A DNA stretch of 64,000 bases, from NCBI GenBank assembly GCA_016234725.1, contig JACRAK010000025.1, forward strand, positions 5,713-69,712, given 5' to 3'. Each line of letters starts with the position of its first letter. Position 1 is the stretch's first letter. The notes beneath the pieces are model-generated. The model was not told the DNA's origin, did not search any database, and saw only the letters and a list, made by a program, of their open reading frames with translations. The DNA comes from Candidatus Azambacteria bacterium (GTDB lineage: Bacteria > Patescibacteriota > Minisyncoccia > GWC2-36-17 > WO2-46-25). Below are positions 15,424 through 25,022 of the stretch, piece by piece. Position numbers and translations under genes: made by a program.

Positions 15424-17397
15424 TCAATCTATTTTATACACGAATATCGAGTTGCCAATGACGGTGACGGGTGTTTTGCCGCGTAGCCAGAGATATGAAT
15501 CCTGTTCGGTGCGCGTGTATCTGCCCACCGGCGTGCCGAATGCTTCGGCAAGGAACGTGGCGGAGATCGCGTACCAGCCGCTTTCCGGCCCGCGGGAAGA
15601 CCACCACGGGATGAATTTATCGCCTAAATAATACTTTGGCGACCCGCCCCCGAAATAGTGCACGCGGATCTTGTCGATGTTGTTGGTTTCTACGAATTGC
15701 GCAAGCCGCTTGAGGTCCTGCCCCCAGTCAAGATTTGAATCAACGACATATTTGTACCCATTCGCAGGACCACCGGCAAGCTCGTTGAAATACGCGATGT
15801 AGAAAGGATAATGCGCGAGCACGGAAATCACATACCACATAACGATGGCAAAAAGAATGCCGTATTTCCACGCTTTGCGCGTGTAGAACGATATCAGCCG
15901 CTTCATCATGCTGGGTTCAAGCGTGAATGCGAAATCAGGTTTTTTGCGCAGGTGGCCGAGAATGATGCGCGACACCAGAAGGAACATGAACGGGAATGTC
16001 GGAATGACGTGCCTGATGCCGATGTTAAGGTTTGCCGCGATGCTTGAGGCCCAATAGAACGCGATGAATATCGCAAGGACTATTTCTATGAAATACGTGC
16101 GGGTGAATGCCGCAAGCCGTTCGCGCCAGGTGCGCCAGCCGGCAAACATCTTTTTGCGTATGTGTGTGCGAAGCGCGCCGAGCATAATAAGCAACGCCGC
16201 AAGGGAAAGCACGTGCATCGCAAGCGGTTCTTTAAGAAGGTATACGACAGGGAAATAATACCACCACGCGTCGCGCGCGACCTTGCCTAAGAAAAAGGTC
16301 GTGTTGCCTCCCACCGCGCGCTGACCGACCATGAGCACGCCAAGCGCATATTGCGCGAACGGGTGCACAATCGGCTTGTCCGACATCCAGATGAATGTTT
16401 CCGCGATCACGCGCGGGCGGAACGTTTTGAGGTTGCACACGGTGTCCCGATACTGGCTTACGGGTATTTTTATGGTATCGAGGTCTCTGCAAAGCGACAA
16501 TGCAGATGCCACGATCTCGTCCCGTTCCGCTTGGGTTGCGGGCGCGACGGGATAGTTCCATACGTGGATCTGATACAGCGGCCAGATGATGGCAACGTAG
16601 CCGATGATGAAAATAAGAAATGTGCGCGTCGCGAGCCGCCAGAGCGGCTTAAACATTTCTTTCCATGAGCGTCCGGCGTGGTGGGCGAATGCCCACAGAA
16701 TGATGAAACCGATGAATAACGGCACCAGAAGCACGAGCGAGAATTTCAGCGCCTGCGCAACGCCGAACGCAAGCCCGGCGGCGATAAGATTATGCCGGTT
16801 TTGCGCGTAGAGGTAACGGATGAAATAGGCGATCGCAAGAAAAAAGCCGAATGCCGCCGCGACATCGGTGGTGACGTATTTGCCGTGTGCGAGCAGGGCG
16901 GGGGAAAGCGCGAACAGCGCAAGCGCAAGCAAGGCAACGCGCGCGCCGAACCATTCTTTTCCGAACCGGAACAGCAAAAAGCCGAAAAGCACAGTGAGCA
17001 GCATCGGGCCGAGCCGCGCCCAAAAAAGGATACGGTCGGGGTCGTTGCCGCTCTCATATAAGAACAGTTCGCCCAGCTTCCATTGGCCGTTCAGGTCTGT
17101 TTGCCACGAGGCGGCGGTTTCAGGGAAATTGAGGTTTAAAAATGCAAGCGGAAGGCCGGCAAGGTCTTTGAGCAGCGGCGGATGCTCGGGGTTGATGCGC
17201 ATATCCTGATATGCGACATACGAATAGCCGGCGGGAATGTGCGCGATCTCGTCCATGATGGCCGCCTCCTGCGGCGCGGTCACGTACATCAGCAAAAACA
17301 TCCCGAACAACAAAAGCAGCGCGGCGGCGCGCGCTATCTTCCACGAAAATGCTTTATACAGGGCAGCTCCCTTTGCGACATGATCGATGAATTGCAT
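15424..17397 (-). CDS. GT-C family membrane glycosyltransferase (ArnT/PMT-like, GT39/GT83-like)
   Basis: Polytopic membrane protein with the N-terminal motif DEIAHIPAGYSYV...INPEHPPLLKDL typical of ArnT/PMT_2 glycosyltransferases. The start is placed at the internal Met (MQFIDHV) to avoid overlapping the ORF at 17453. Confidence 0.55.
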   Translation of the reverse strand: MQFIDHVAKGAALYKAFSWKIARAAALLLLFGMFLLMYVTAPQEAAIMDEIAHIPAGYSYVAYQDMRINPEHPPLLKDLAGLPLAFLNLNFPETAASWQTDLNGQWKLGELFLYESGNDPDRILFWARLGPMLLTVLFGFLLFRFGKEWFGARVALLALALFALSPALLAHGKYVTTDVAAAFGFFLAIAYFIRYLYAQNRHNLIAAGLAFGVAQALKFSLVLLVPLFIGFIILWAFAHHAGRSWKEMFKPLWRLATRTFLIFIIGYVAIIWPLYQIHVWNYPVAPATQAERDEIVASALSLCRDLDTIKIPVSQYRDTVCNLKTFRPRVIAETFIWMSDKPIVHPFAQYALGVLMVGQRAVGGNTTFFLGKVARDAWWYYFPVVYLLKEPLAMHVLSLAALLIMLGALRTHIRKKMFAGWRTWRERLAAFTRTYFIEIVLAIFIAFYWASSIAANLNIGIRHVIPTFPFMFLLVSRIILGHLRKKPDFAFTLEPSMMKRLISFYTRKAWKYGILFAIVMWYVISVLAHYPFYIAYFNELAGGPANGYKYVVDSNLDWGQDLKRLAQFVETNNIDKIRVHYFGGGSPKYYLGDKFIPWWSSRGPESGWYAISATFLAEAFGTPVGRYTRTEQDSYLWLRGKTPVTVIGNSIFVYKID

Positions 17398-17452
17398 ATA
17401 TGTATACGATAGGTCCAGTATATCATAGTGTACGAGCGTTGCAGAGGAGTCC

Positions 17453-17686
17453 ATGAGGCCGTATAATGAAGCAATGGGAAATAACCCGGTGCTCCAATCC
17501 CAATTCACCGCCCAGCCGCAAAAGGCGAGCGATGATGCGTCGCCGAAAATAAAAGCCGCATACGAGCGGTTTTTCGACGATGTCGCGAAAGCGAAGAAGG
17601 CGCATCGCGAGAAGATTAATGTTATTTTGCGCACGATCGATGAGCGGAAGATCAAAGATCTGAAAGAGAAATTAAAGGAGATGTGA
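17453..17686 (+). CDS. Hypothetical small helical protein (first gene of the operon)
   Basis: AGGAG ribosome-binding site upstream; 77 aa. Confidence 0.4.
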   Translation: MRPYNEAMGNNPVLQSQFTAQPQKASDDASPKIKAAYERFFDDVAKAKKAHREKINVILRTIDERKIKDLKEKLKEM

Positions 17687-17687
17687 T

Positions 17688-17933
17688 ATGGAAATAGACG
17701 CATTAAATCTGCTCGCAAACAAAACAAAAGAACTCATTAAGAACGAGAGCGCAAAATCGCTTATCGATATTGATAACTACACGGGGATGGCGACGGGGCG
17801 CTCATACGCGGCACATGACGACATTCAGCAGGCGATCGAAGCGTCGCGAAGCGCAAAGGACGCTATCAGCGAGCTTAAAAGCGCAGTGATCATTGAAATA
17901 GATAACATCGTAAAAGACGCAACCGCGCAATAA
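17688..17933 (+). CDS. Hypothetical small helical protein
   Basis: Translationally coupled to the upstream gene (TGA then ATG); AGGAG ribosome-binding site; 81 aa. Confidence 0.4.
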   Translation: MEIDALNLLANKTKELIKNESAKSLIDIDNYTGMATGRSYAAHDDIQQAIEASRSAKDAISELKSAVIIEIDNIVKDATAQ

Positions 17934-17936
17934 TAT

Positions 17937-20909
17937 ATGAAAGGATCATCAGAACAATCAGGATATTCAGGAGAAAAGGCATCCGAAGGTGCGGCAGAAG
18001 AAAAAGAATTCGATATCACACCGGCGGGAACGGCTGACGAAAAGAAAGATGAAAAGGAATGGGATATAAGCGTTGCAGAAGAAACTGAATCACCGGAGGA
18101 ATCGGCGTCAGAAGGAGCGGCACAGGAAGAAGACCCTCTTTCCGTCCAGCCCGAATGGTATGACAATGTTCGCAGGGGCTTGCCTTCTACGCCGACTCCG
18201 GAAGCAGAAAACGAACCGGAGCCGCAGGGAGAGCTCGAGCGCGGGGAAACGGAGAACAAGAACGAAGGCGCGGGGTATATGCGCATACCGGAGAATTATT
18301 TAAAAAGCGAATACGATGCGCCGGAACAGGTGCGCGAAGAAGCGGAAAATGCTGTTGCCGAAATGCCGGAAAAAGACCGCGAGTCGATTATAAGAGGATT
18401 TTTGGGGCTCGGATATGATGTGCAGAAGTTCAAAGGGAAAACTCTTTCGAAGGTGTTCACGGGGGTAGCAGAGAAGATCGGAGAAAGAAAGGCGGAAGGC
18501 AAGCTTGAAAAAAAACCGTTCGTGAAACGGCTGTTTGAAGCATATGGTAAAAACTACAGCGATCTTGCCGAGCGAGCGCAGAATGATCGCGAGAAATTTA
18601 ATAAAGAAGGCGGGGCGAAAGGTATAACAAAGAGCGCGATAAGCGCCACAGGTACATTATTAACGTGGGGAAGAGCTATCGGCGGGTTTGGCACCCCATT
18701 GGGGACGTTCGCTGCCGCAGCGATCGCTTTCGGGAAGGGAGGTGAGATGGTGAAAGAAGCGCATCTGAGATCGGAAGATGTCATTGAAGAAGGGCGTGTC
18801 CACGATATAGATGCGGCGGAAGACGAAGCACGGAAGTTGTATGCGGAAGCAAAAGAAAAATCAGAAGACGGAGCGGTGACGAAAGAACAGCTTATGCAGA
18901 CGTATAAAGAGCGATTGCCGCAGGACCTTATCGACCGCTTGGCGCGGGATGCGGGGACCGAAGGATTTATTGCAAAATGCGCGCAGATGATCGTGCGCAA
19001 AGATATCGAGCTTTCTGCGAAAAGGATACAGGGAAAACTGAGCGAGATCGAAAAAGATAGCGCCCTTTCAAAAGAGCAGAAAGAAAAAAGAGTAGCGGGC
19101 ACTATCAAGAAGTACGAGCGCTTTTTGAAAGACATGGACCGGATAGTGGGGAATGGCGGCGCGGTCGATGCGATCGCATATGGGAGTCGGCTTGTAGAAA
19201 AAGGAGGTAAGGCCGCCGCGACCCTCGTAGCGCTTGAAACGCTCGGGGAACTGGCATGGCGCGGAACAGCGGCGCTTGAGGCGCTTACGGAACAGAACAG
19301 CGAGGAGATGTCCATTCCCGAGACGGCTCCTTCCATTGAGAGTGCGCATACCCAGCCGCCCGCAGGAGAGATCCTTTTGGGTGAAGAGGCGGAGACCATG
19401 CTGCGTGAAAGCAAAGAACGGCTTATCGATTTCGCTCTCAAAGAAAAATTGGGCGCTTTCGATCTGACAATGGATGATCTTGCCGAGTCGGAGCTTGATA
19501 CGGTGGAGCTGGAATTGCTGGTCAACGGCGTGGAGGCGGGAGGATTTGGGGGAAATACGCGGGACATCATCATGTTCCTCGCGCATACTCCGGAAGCCGC
19601 GGAAAAGCTTGATGATGATGCCGTACGTTCTCTTTTGTCCAATGAAACGATGAGCGCTGAACGGGTCGAAGAGATATTGGGCGCAGATAAAACAGCGGTC
19701 ATAGGAAAAGGAGAAAGCATCAGTGAGGTGCTCGGCGCTTCGATGCCGCCTGATGCGAAAGTGACGGTGGTGAATCCTGACGGGACGGAGCTTGAAGATT
19801 TTGATGCGAATCTGGTGCATGAGGGAGATACGGTCGCGCAAAATGCCGATGGCACGATAACGGTGTTTAAGACATCAGATAGTGCGGTGAATCCCGAGCA
19901 TAGCTTGCAGGGTGTGTATGATTCGATCAAGCAGGGGCTTGATGAAAAAGGAGTTCCTTCCGAATTTCAGAATGCGCTGAATAAAGGCGAAGGGCATTGG
20001 GAAGGGCAAGTTTCGCGCGCGGAGGCAAGCGAAATAGAAGAAACATGGAATTCGCTGAAAGCTGATTTTGATGCATTGGATGAAGAAGGGAAAAAGATGT
20101 TTCTTGGCAAGCTTTCCAAGGGGATGACGGGAGAAGAGATTTCAGCGGTGCTTCGTGAACAGCTTGGCTCAGAGCAAGAACTTGCCACGGAAGAAGTTCC
20201 TCAGGACATACGGGAACAGTTTGTTTCGGCTGAGGGGCGCAAGGCGGCGGCGGAGGCGCTGGAAAAAGCATATGCGCCGGAGGAAATTGAGCGCGCAAAG
20301 ATCCCCGGCGAAACGGATTGGCCGCCGATAGACGGAAAAACACCCGAGGAGCGTATCGCTCCCGACGCGTGGAGCGAGGATATACGAAAAGGAGAGCGCT
20401 TTACGATACACGATGATGCGCTTGATGATGTTGATGCGCGCGAGCAAGTAAAAGCTCCTGCGCACGAGATATCGCCGCCGGAGCGTTTGCCGGAGGTGGC
20501 CGCGCATGCCGAAAGCGATGTTCCCGAGATCGTTTTAAAAACCGGGGAGAACGAATACATTTATAATGGTCCGGCGGGCGACTTTAAAGGAAAATTCTCG
20601 TATAATGAGAATAATGAGATCACAGGGTTTCGGCACGAAGGGGGTACAAAACTTGGGGGAGCCGATGAGCTAAGGAATTCCGTGCTCAAGGAAGGGTGGA
20701 GAGAAAAGATCCTCGGAAGGAAAGGGGGATCATATCTTATCGAGCAGAAGATAAAGATGACCGCTGATGATCTGGGGATCAGACAGCGCATACTTACTGC
20801 GATGGAAAGGGCGGGAGACAAAGACACGAAAGAATATCAATTCCTCAAGAAAACCATCGCCACGAGGATCGGATTACTTGAAAAAACATACGGAGACATT
20901 TTTAAATAA
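17937..20909 (+). CDS. Large (990 aa) highly acidic, coiled-coil-rich protein of unknown function
   Basis: Long ORF in an E/K/D-rich low-complexity context with one hydrophobic patch (GTLLTWGRAIGGFGTPLGTFAAAAIAFG) and no recognisable catalytic motifs. Confidence 0.55.
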   Translation: MKGSSEQSGYSGEKASEGAAEEKEFDITPAGTADEKKDEKEWDISVAEETESPEESASEGAAQEEDPLSVQPEWYDNVRRGLPSTPTPEAENEPEPQGELERGETENKNEGAGYMRIPENYLKSEYDAPEQVREEAENAVAEMPEKDRESIIRGFLGLGYDVQKFKGKTLSKVFTGVAEKIGERKAEGKLEKKPFVKRLFEAYGKNYSDLAERAQNDREKFNKEGGAKGITKSAISATGTLLTWGRAIGGFGTPLGTFAAAAIAFGKGGEMVKEAHLRSEDVIEEGRVHDIDAAEDEARKLYAEAKEKSEDGAVTKEQLMQTYKERLPQDLIDRLARDAGTEGFIAKCAQMIVRKDIELSAKRIQGKLSEIEKDSALSKEQKEKRVAGTIKKYERFLKDMDRIVGNGGAVDAIAYGSRLVEKGGKAAATLVALETLGELAWRGTAALEALTEQNSEEMSIPETAPSIESAHTQPPAGEILLGEEAETMLRESKERLIDFALKEKLGAFDLTMDDLAESELDTVELELLVNGVEAGGFGGNTRDIIMFLAHTPEAAEKLDDDAVRSLLSNETMSAERVEEILGADKTAVIGKGESISEVLGASMPPDAKVTVVNPDGTELEDFDANLVHEGDTVAQNADGTITVFKTSDSAVNPEHSLQGVYDSIKQGLDEKGVPSEFQNALNKGEGHWEGQVSRAEASEIEETWNSLKADFDALDEEGKKMFLGKLSKGMTGEEISAVLREQLGSEQELATEEVPQDIREQFVSAEGRKAAAEALEKAYAPEEIERAKIPGETDWPPIDGKTPEERIAPDAWSEDIRKGERFTIHDDALDDVDAREQVKAPAHEISPPERLPEVAAHAESDVPEIVLKTGENEYIYNGPAGDFKGKFSYNENNEITGFRHEGGTKLGGADELRNSVLKEGWREKILGRKGGSYLIEQKIKMTADDLGIRQRILTAMERAGDKDTKEYQFLKKTIATRIGLLEKTYGDIFK

Positions 20910-20914
20910 CACAT

Positions 20915-21130
20915 ATGCCGCAACAACCATTATCTGAAGACGCACAGAAAGCAATGCAGGAAAAACTCCAGCATCTGGTGGATCTCGCATTCGAGCAGGG
21001 GCTTCTCACGGCCATCGATCAGGCGCGGAAAGCGAACGACCCGTATCTGCTCGATGCGTTCCATGACGTGCTCACCGATAAGCTGTACCAGGAACTTATC
21101 GCGCAGCATAAATTAGAAGAACTGAAATGA
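20915..21130 (+). CDS. Hypothetical small protein (71 aa)
   Basis: ORF whose stop overlaps the downstream start (ATGA at 21127). Confidence 0.4.
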   Translation: MPQQPLSEDAQKAMQEKLQHLVDLAFEQGLLTAIDQARKANDPYLLDAFHDVLTDKLYQELIAQHKLEELK

Positions 21131-23607
21131 TCGTCGGCGCTTCGCTTTATTTTTTCATTATAGTGACGGTCATCGCCCTCGGGGCCGTTCTTTTTGTTGT
21201 GCCGTATCTGCTGCGGGTCCGCAGGAAACAGGAGATCGACTACTCGCTGAATCTCGCGCTGCTGCTCATTTCCTTGCCGCTCCATAAAGCGAAGCAGGCG
21301 AACGTGGAAGAGATCAGGAAGCTCATCGCAGTGATGGAGCAGTTTTACGCGGGCATCGTGCGCGTAGAGGAGGGGTGGCTCAAGGGGATGTTCTCCGGGT
21401 CATCGGCGCTGTCGTACGAGATCGTCCTGCCGGCGATCGGTGAGGAGATCCATTTTTACATCGGCGTACCGCGCAAATACGTTGAAACGGCGGAAAAGCA
21501 GATCACCGGTTTTTTGAACGAGGCAAAAGTGGAACGGGTGGACGACTACAATATTTTCAATCCGGTCGGCGTCAGCGCAGGATCCTCGCTCACGCTTTCG
21601 CACAGTTTCTATCTTCCCGTGAAGACGTACCAACAGCTTGAGATCGACCCGCTTAACTTCATCACCAACGCGATGTCGAAACTCGAGTTCCGGGGCGAAG
21701 GGTGCGCCCTGCAGGTGCTTGTGAAGCCCAATAGATCATGGCAGGAGGAAGCGCACAAAATAATATGGGAGATGAAAAGCGGTAAGACATTCAAGCAGGC
21801 GTACGCGCATGTGACAAAAGGCGCGGTGCAGGCGCTTGTTGAATCATTGCAGACAAAAGCGAAAGAAGAGATAAGCAAAGCACAGCAGGAAAAGGAAAAA
21901 GCGCAGGAGCGATTCCGCACCGTGGATGATGCGACCATCAAGGCGCTTGAGCAGAAAGCGTCCAAAGTCGGGTTTGACATCAATGTCCGCATGGTGGTGT
22001 CGACGCTGACGCAGACGCGCGCAGACGCGATCCTCTCGAGCATCGAAAGCTCATTCTCCCAATTTGAAAACCCGAACCTCAACGGGTTTATCGTCAAACG
22101 CGCCACGGGCAGGCAACTTGCAAAACTTATCTATGATTTTTCATTCCGCAATTTCAACACCGGCCAGCGGATGATCCTCAACACCGAAGAGCTTACGAGC
22201 GTTTTCCATTTCCCGACGCCGTATCTGGAAACCAAAAAGATCAAAGCACTCAAGAGCCGTGTGGCGCCATTGCCGACGAACATGCCTCTAGAGGGGCTGG
22301 TGATCGGCATGAACGTGTATCGCGGGGAGGAGCGGGAAGCGAAGCTGTCTACAGAAGACCGCCGCCGTCATATGTATATTGTAGGCCAGACTGGCACCGG
22401 TAAATCCGTGTCGCTCCAAAACATGATCCAGCAGGATATCGAAAACGGCGAAGGGGTGTGCTTCATAGACCCGCACGGCGAAACGGTGGAAGCGGTGCTC
22501 GCGAAAGTCCCGAAACATCGCGCCGACGATGTGGTGGTGTTCGACCCGGCAGATCTTGAACGTCCTATCGGCTTAAACATGCTTGAATACGATCCTGCAA
22601 GGCCGGAGCAAAAAACATTCATTGTGAATGAGCTCATCAGTATTTTTGACAAGCTGTACGATCTGAAAGCAACGGGAGGGCCGATGTTCGAACAATATAC
22701 GCGCAATGCACTCTTGCTCATCATGGCCGATCCGGAGAGCGGCTCCACGCTGCTCGAAGTGCCGCGCGTTTTTTCCGATCCGACATTCCGCAAAATGAAG
22801 CTCGCGAAAGTGCAGGATGTAGTGGTGAAGAATTTCTGGGAAAAAGAAGCGGAGAAAGCAGGGGGTGATGCGTCGCTTGCCAATATGACCCCGTATATCA
22901 CCAGCAAGTTCAATACGTTTATCGCAAACGAATTCGTGCGCCCGATCATCGCGCAGCAGCACAGCACCATCAAGTTCCGCGACATCATGGATAACAAAAA
23001 GATCCTACTCGTCACGCTTGCGAAAGGCAAGATCGGCGAGATCAACAGCAACTTGCTCGGCATGATCGTCATCGGCAAACTGCTCATGGCGGCGCTGTCG
23101 CGCGCCGATGTGGCGGAAACGGAGCGCAAAGATTTTTATCTCTACATCGACGAGTTCCAGAATTTTGCGACCGATTCTATTTCCGTGATATTATCAGAGG
23201 CGAGAAAGTACCGGCTTGCGCTCACCATGGCGCATCAGTTCATCGGCCAGCTGAAGGAAAATATCAAGCAGGCGGTGTTTGGCAATGTCGGCTCGATGAT
23301 GGTGTTTCGCGTGGGCACGGAAGACGCGGAATTCCTCCAAAAGCAGTTCGCGCCGGAATTTGAAGCAAACGACATCGCCAACCTGGATAATCTCAATGCG
23401 TATGTGAAAGCGCTGGTGAACGGGCAGGCGGTGAAGCCGTTCAATATCATCATGCCGCTCCCCAAGCAGGGGAATCCGGAAGTCGGGGCTATCCTCAAAG
23501 AACTCTCGCGGCTCAAATACGGGCGCGACCACAAGCAGGTGGAGCTTGAGATCCAAGAACGGTTCAGGACGCTTGCGCCTTCTCCGCTTCCTCCGCCTAC
23601 TAAATAA
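21127..23607 (+). CDS. VirD4/TraG/TraD-like type IV coupling protein ATPase with an N-terminal TM segment
   Basis: N-terminal TM (LYFFIIVTVIALGAVLFVVPYLL), Walker A YIVGQTGTGKSV, and Walker B FYLYIDEFQNF followed by ..ILSEARKYRLALTMAHQFIGQL.., the TraG-D_C/T4CP pattern. Confidence 0.65.
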   Translation: MIVGASLYFFIIVTVIALGAVLFVVPYLLRVRRKQEIDYSLNLALLLISLPLHKAKQANVEEIRKLIAVMEQFYAGIVRVEEGWLKGMFSGSSALSYEIVLPAIGEEIHFYIGVPRKYVETAEKQITGFLNEAKVERVDDYNIFNPVGVSAGSSLTLSHSFYLPVKTYQQLEIDPLNFITNAMSKLEFRGEGCALQVLVKPNRSWQEEAHKIIWEMKSGKTFKQAYAHVTKGAVQALVESLQTKAKEEISKAQQEKEKAQERFRTVDDATIKALEQKASKVGFDINVRMVVSTLTQTRADAILSSIESSFSQFENPNLNGFIVKRATGRQLAKLIYDFSFRNFNTGQRMILNTEELTSVFHFPTPYLETKKIKALKSRVAPLPTNMPLEGLVIGMNVYRGEEREAKLSTEDRRRHMYIVGQTGTGKSVSLQNMIQQDIENGEGVCFIDPHGETVEAVLAKVPKHRADDVVVFDPADLERPIGLNMLEYDPARPEQKTFIVNELISIFDKLYDLKATGGPMFEQYTRNALLLIMADPESGSTLLEVPRVFSDPTFRKMKLAKVQDVVVKNFWEKEAEKAGGDASLANMTPYITSKFNTFIANEFVRPIIAQQHSTIKFRDIMDNKKILLVTLAKGKIGEINSNLLGMIVIGKLLMAALSRADVAETERKDFYLYIDEFQNFATDSISVILSEARKYRLALTMAHQFIGQLKENIKQAVFGNVGSMMVFRVGTEDAEFLQKQFAPEFEANDIANLDNLNAYVKALVNGQAVKPFNIIMPLPKQGNPEVGAILKELSRLKYGRDHKQVELEIQERFRTLAPSPLPPPTK

Positions 23608-23640
23608 TTCACCCTGTTAAATGATTTTAAATTCCATGCT

Positions 23641-23898
23641 ATGTTTTATTACGCCTATGTCTTACAATCTTTAAAGGATAGTAAATTTTACACGGGGTAT
23701 ACTAAGAATTTAAAATCACGATTTGAGCAACATAATAAAGGACTTAGCGAATCAACCAAGGATAGAAGACCGCTTAAGTTAATTTACTACGAAGCATGTT
23801 TGAACCAACAAGATGCCACGCATAGAGAAAAATATCTGAAAACGTACCATGGGAAAATGTTTATAAAAAATAGGCTCAAATCGTATTTAACAGGGTAA
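23641..23898 (+). CDS. GIY-YIG nuclease family small protein (UPF0213/YhbQ-like) in an AT-rich cassette
   Basis: Motif YAYVLQSLKDSKFYTGYTKNLKSRFEQHN. Markedly lower GC than the flanks. Flanked by inverted repeats CACCCTGTTAA (23610-23620) and TTAACAGGGTA (23887-23898 and 23910-23920). Confidence 0.6.
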   Translation: MFYYAYVLQSLKDSKFYTGYTKNLKSRFEQHNKGLSESTKDRRPLKLIYYEACLNQQDATHREKYLKTYHGKMFIKNRLKSYLTG

Positions 23899-23923
23899 AC
23901 TCTTCGCACTTAACAGGGTACAT

Positions 23924-24586
23924 ATGGAACAACAAATCGCAGTGCCGGGAAAAAAAGCTATCGCATTCACCAGGACCGACGCCATCGCAAGCGTCGCGCT
24001 CGGGCTTATCATGGGCGTGCTCATCCCATTCATTTTAGGCAGGATAGGAAAAAGCGTCCCGATGCAGAACTATCTTATCATTGCGTTTCCTCTCGCGTCG
24101 CTTGTGGGGCTTTATATCGCGTCGCTCTTAAGCAAAGTGGTGCTGGTGCTGTATCAGGTAGGGAAGTTCGGCATCGTGGGGTTCACCAATTTCGTGGTTG
24201 ATACGGGCGTGTTTCATGTCATCATCGCGCTCTCGGGCTCGGCGCAGTCACAGCATCTTTTTTCCGTATTCTCTATCCCGCTCACGACGTGGACGTTCTT
24301 CAAAATACTGTCATTCATCGGCGCGAATGCGCATAGCTTTTTTTGGAATAAATTCTGGACATTCGGTCAGAAAGAGGTGAAAACCGCAAAGAAAGAATAT
24401 GTCGGGTTTTTCGTGATCAGCGTGGGCGGCCTGCTTATCAATAGCGGTGCGTTCTCCGTGGCATTCGCCTTACGGCCTGAAGGCGCTTCCGAGGCGCTGT
24501 GGGGCACGATAGGCGTCGCGGTGGGGTCCGTCATCGGCCTATTATGGAATTTTGTGGGGTATAAATTCTTTGTATTTAAGAAATAG
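23924..24586 (+). CDS. GtrA-like polytopic membrane protein
   Basis: GtrA family signature FGIVGFTNFVVDTGVF and multiple TM helices. Confidence 0.5.
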   Translation: MEQQIAVPGKKAIAFTRTDAIASVALGLIMGVLIPFILGRIGKSVPMQNYLIIAFPLASLVGLYIASLLSKVVLVLYQVGKFGIVGFTNFVVDTGVFHVIIALSGSAQSQHLFSVFSIPLTTWTFFKILSFIGANAHSFFWNKFWTFGQKEVKTAKKEYVGFFVISVGGLLINSGAFSVAFALRPEGASEALWGTIGVAVGSVIGLLWNFVGYKFFVFKK

Positions 24587-24615
24587 AATCTAGCATTTAG
24601 AATCTAGTATCTAGA

Positions 24616-24966
24616 ATGGGAGAAAAAACAAAATCATTCAGAAACCTGATCGTATGGCAAAAGTCACGTGATCTGGCGGTTGGGATATATCACTTAACAG
24701 ATGGTTTTCCGAGGTCTGAGATGTACGGCTTAACGAATCAGATGAGAAGAGCTGCTGTTTCCATTTCTTCCAATATCGCCGAGGGCTATCATCGATTTCA
24801 TGTAAAGGAAAAACGACAATTTCATGCGATCGCCTATGGTTCCGGCTCCGAGCTTGAGAGCCAAATAGAGATTGCCAAAGCGCTGTTCCCCGACTTACAC
24901 TATAAGGATGTTGAGGGGTTATTGTCAGAAGTGTTGAGAATTTTAAATACGTTTCTTAATAAGTAA
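24616..24966 (+). CDS. Four-helix-bundle protein ('23S rRNA intervening-sequence protein' family)
   Basis: Signature NLIVWQKSRDLAVGIYHLTDGFPRSEMYGLTNQMRRAAVSISSNIAEG. Bounded by TTCTAG-type short tandem repeats on both sides. Confidence 0.7.
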   Translation: MGEKTKSFRNLIVWQKSRDLAVGIYHLTDGFPRSEMYGLTNQMRRAAVSISSNIAEGYHRFHVKEKRQFHAIAYGSGSELESQIEIAKALFPDLHYKDVEGLLSEVLRILNTFLNK

Positions 24967-25022
24967 TACCCTGGTTTCTGGATTTTTCTAGATTCTAGCT
25001 TCTAACTTTTAGTTTCTATCTT

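Noticed and set aside
18554-19930. 458-aa minus-strand ORF
   Set aside because: It lies antisense within the 990-aa acidic protein gene. The Ser/Ala-rich low-complexity translation is the mirror of the E/K-rich sense frame.
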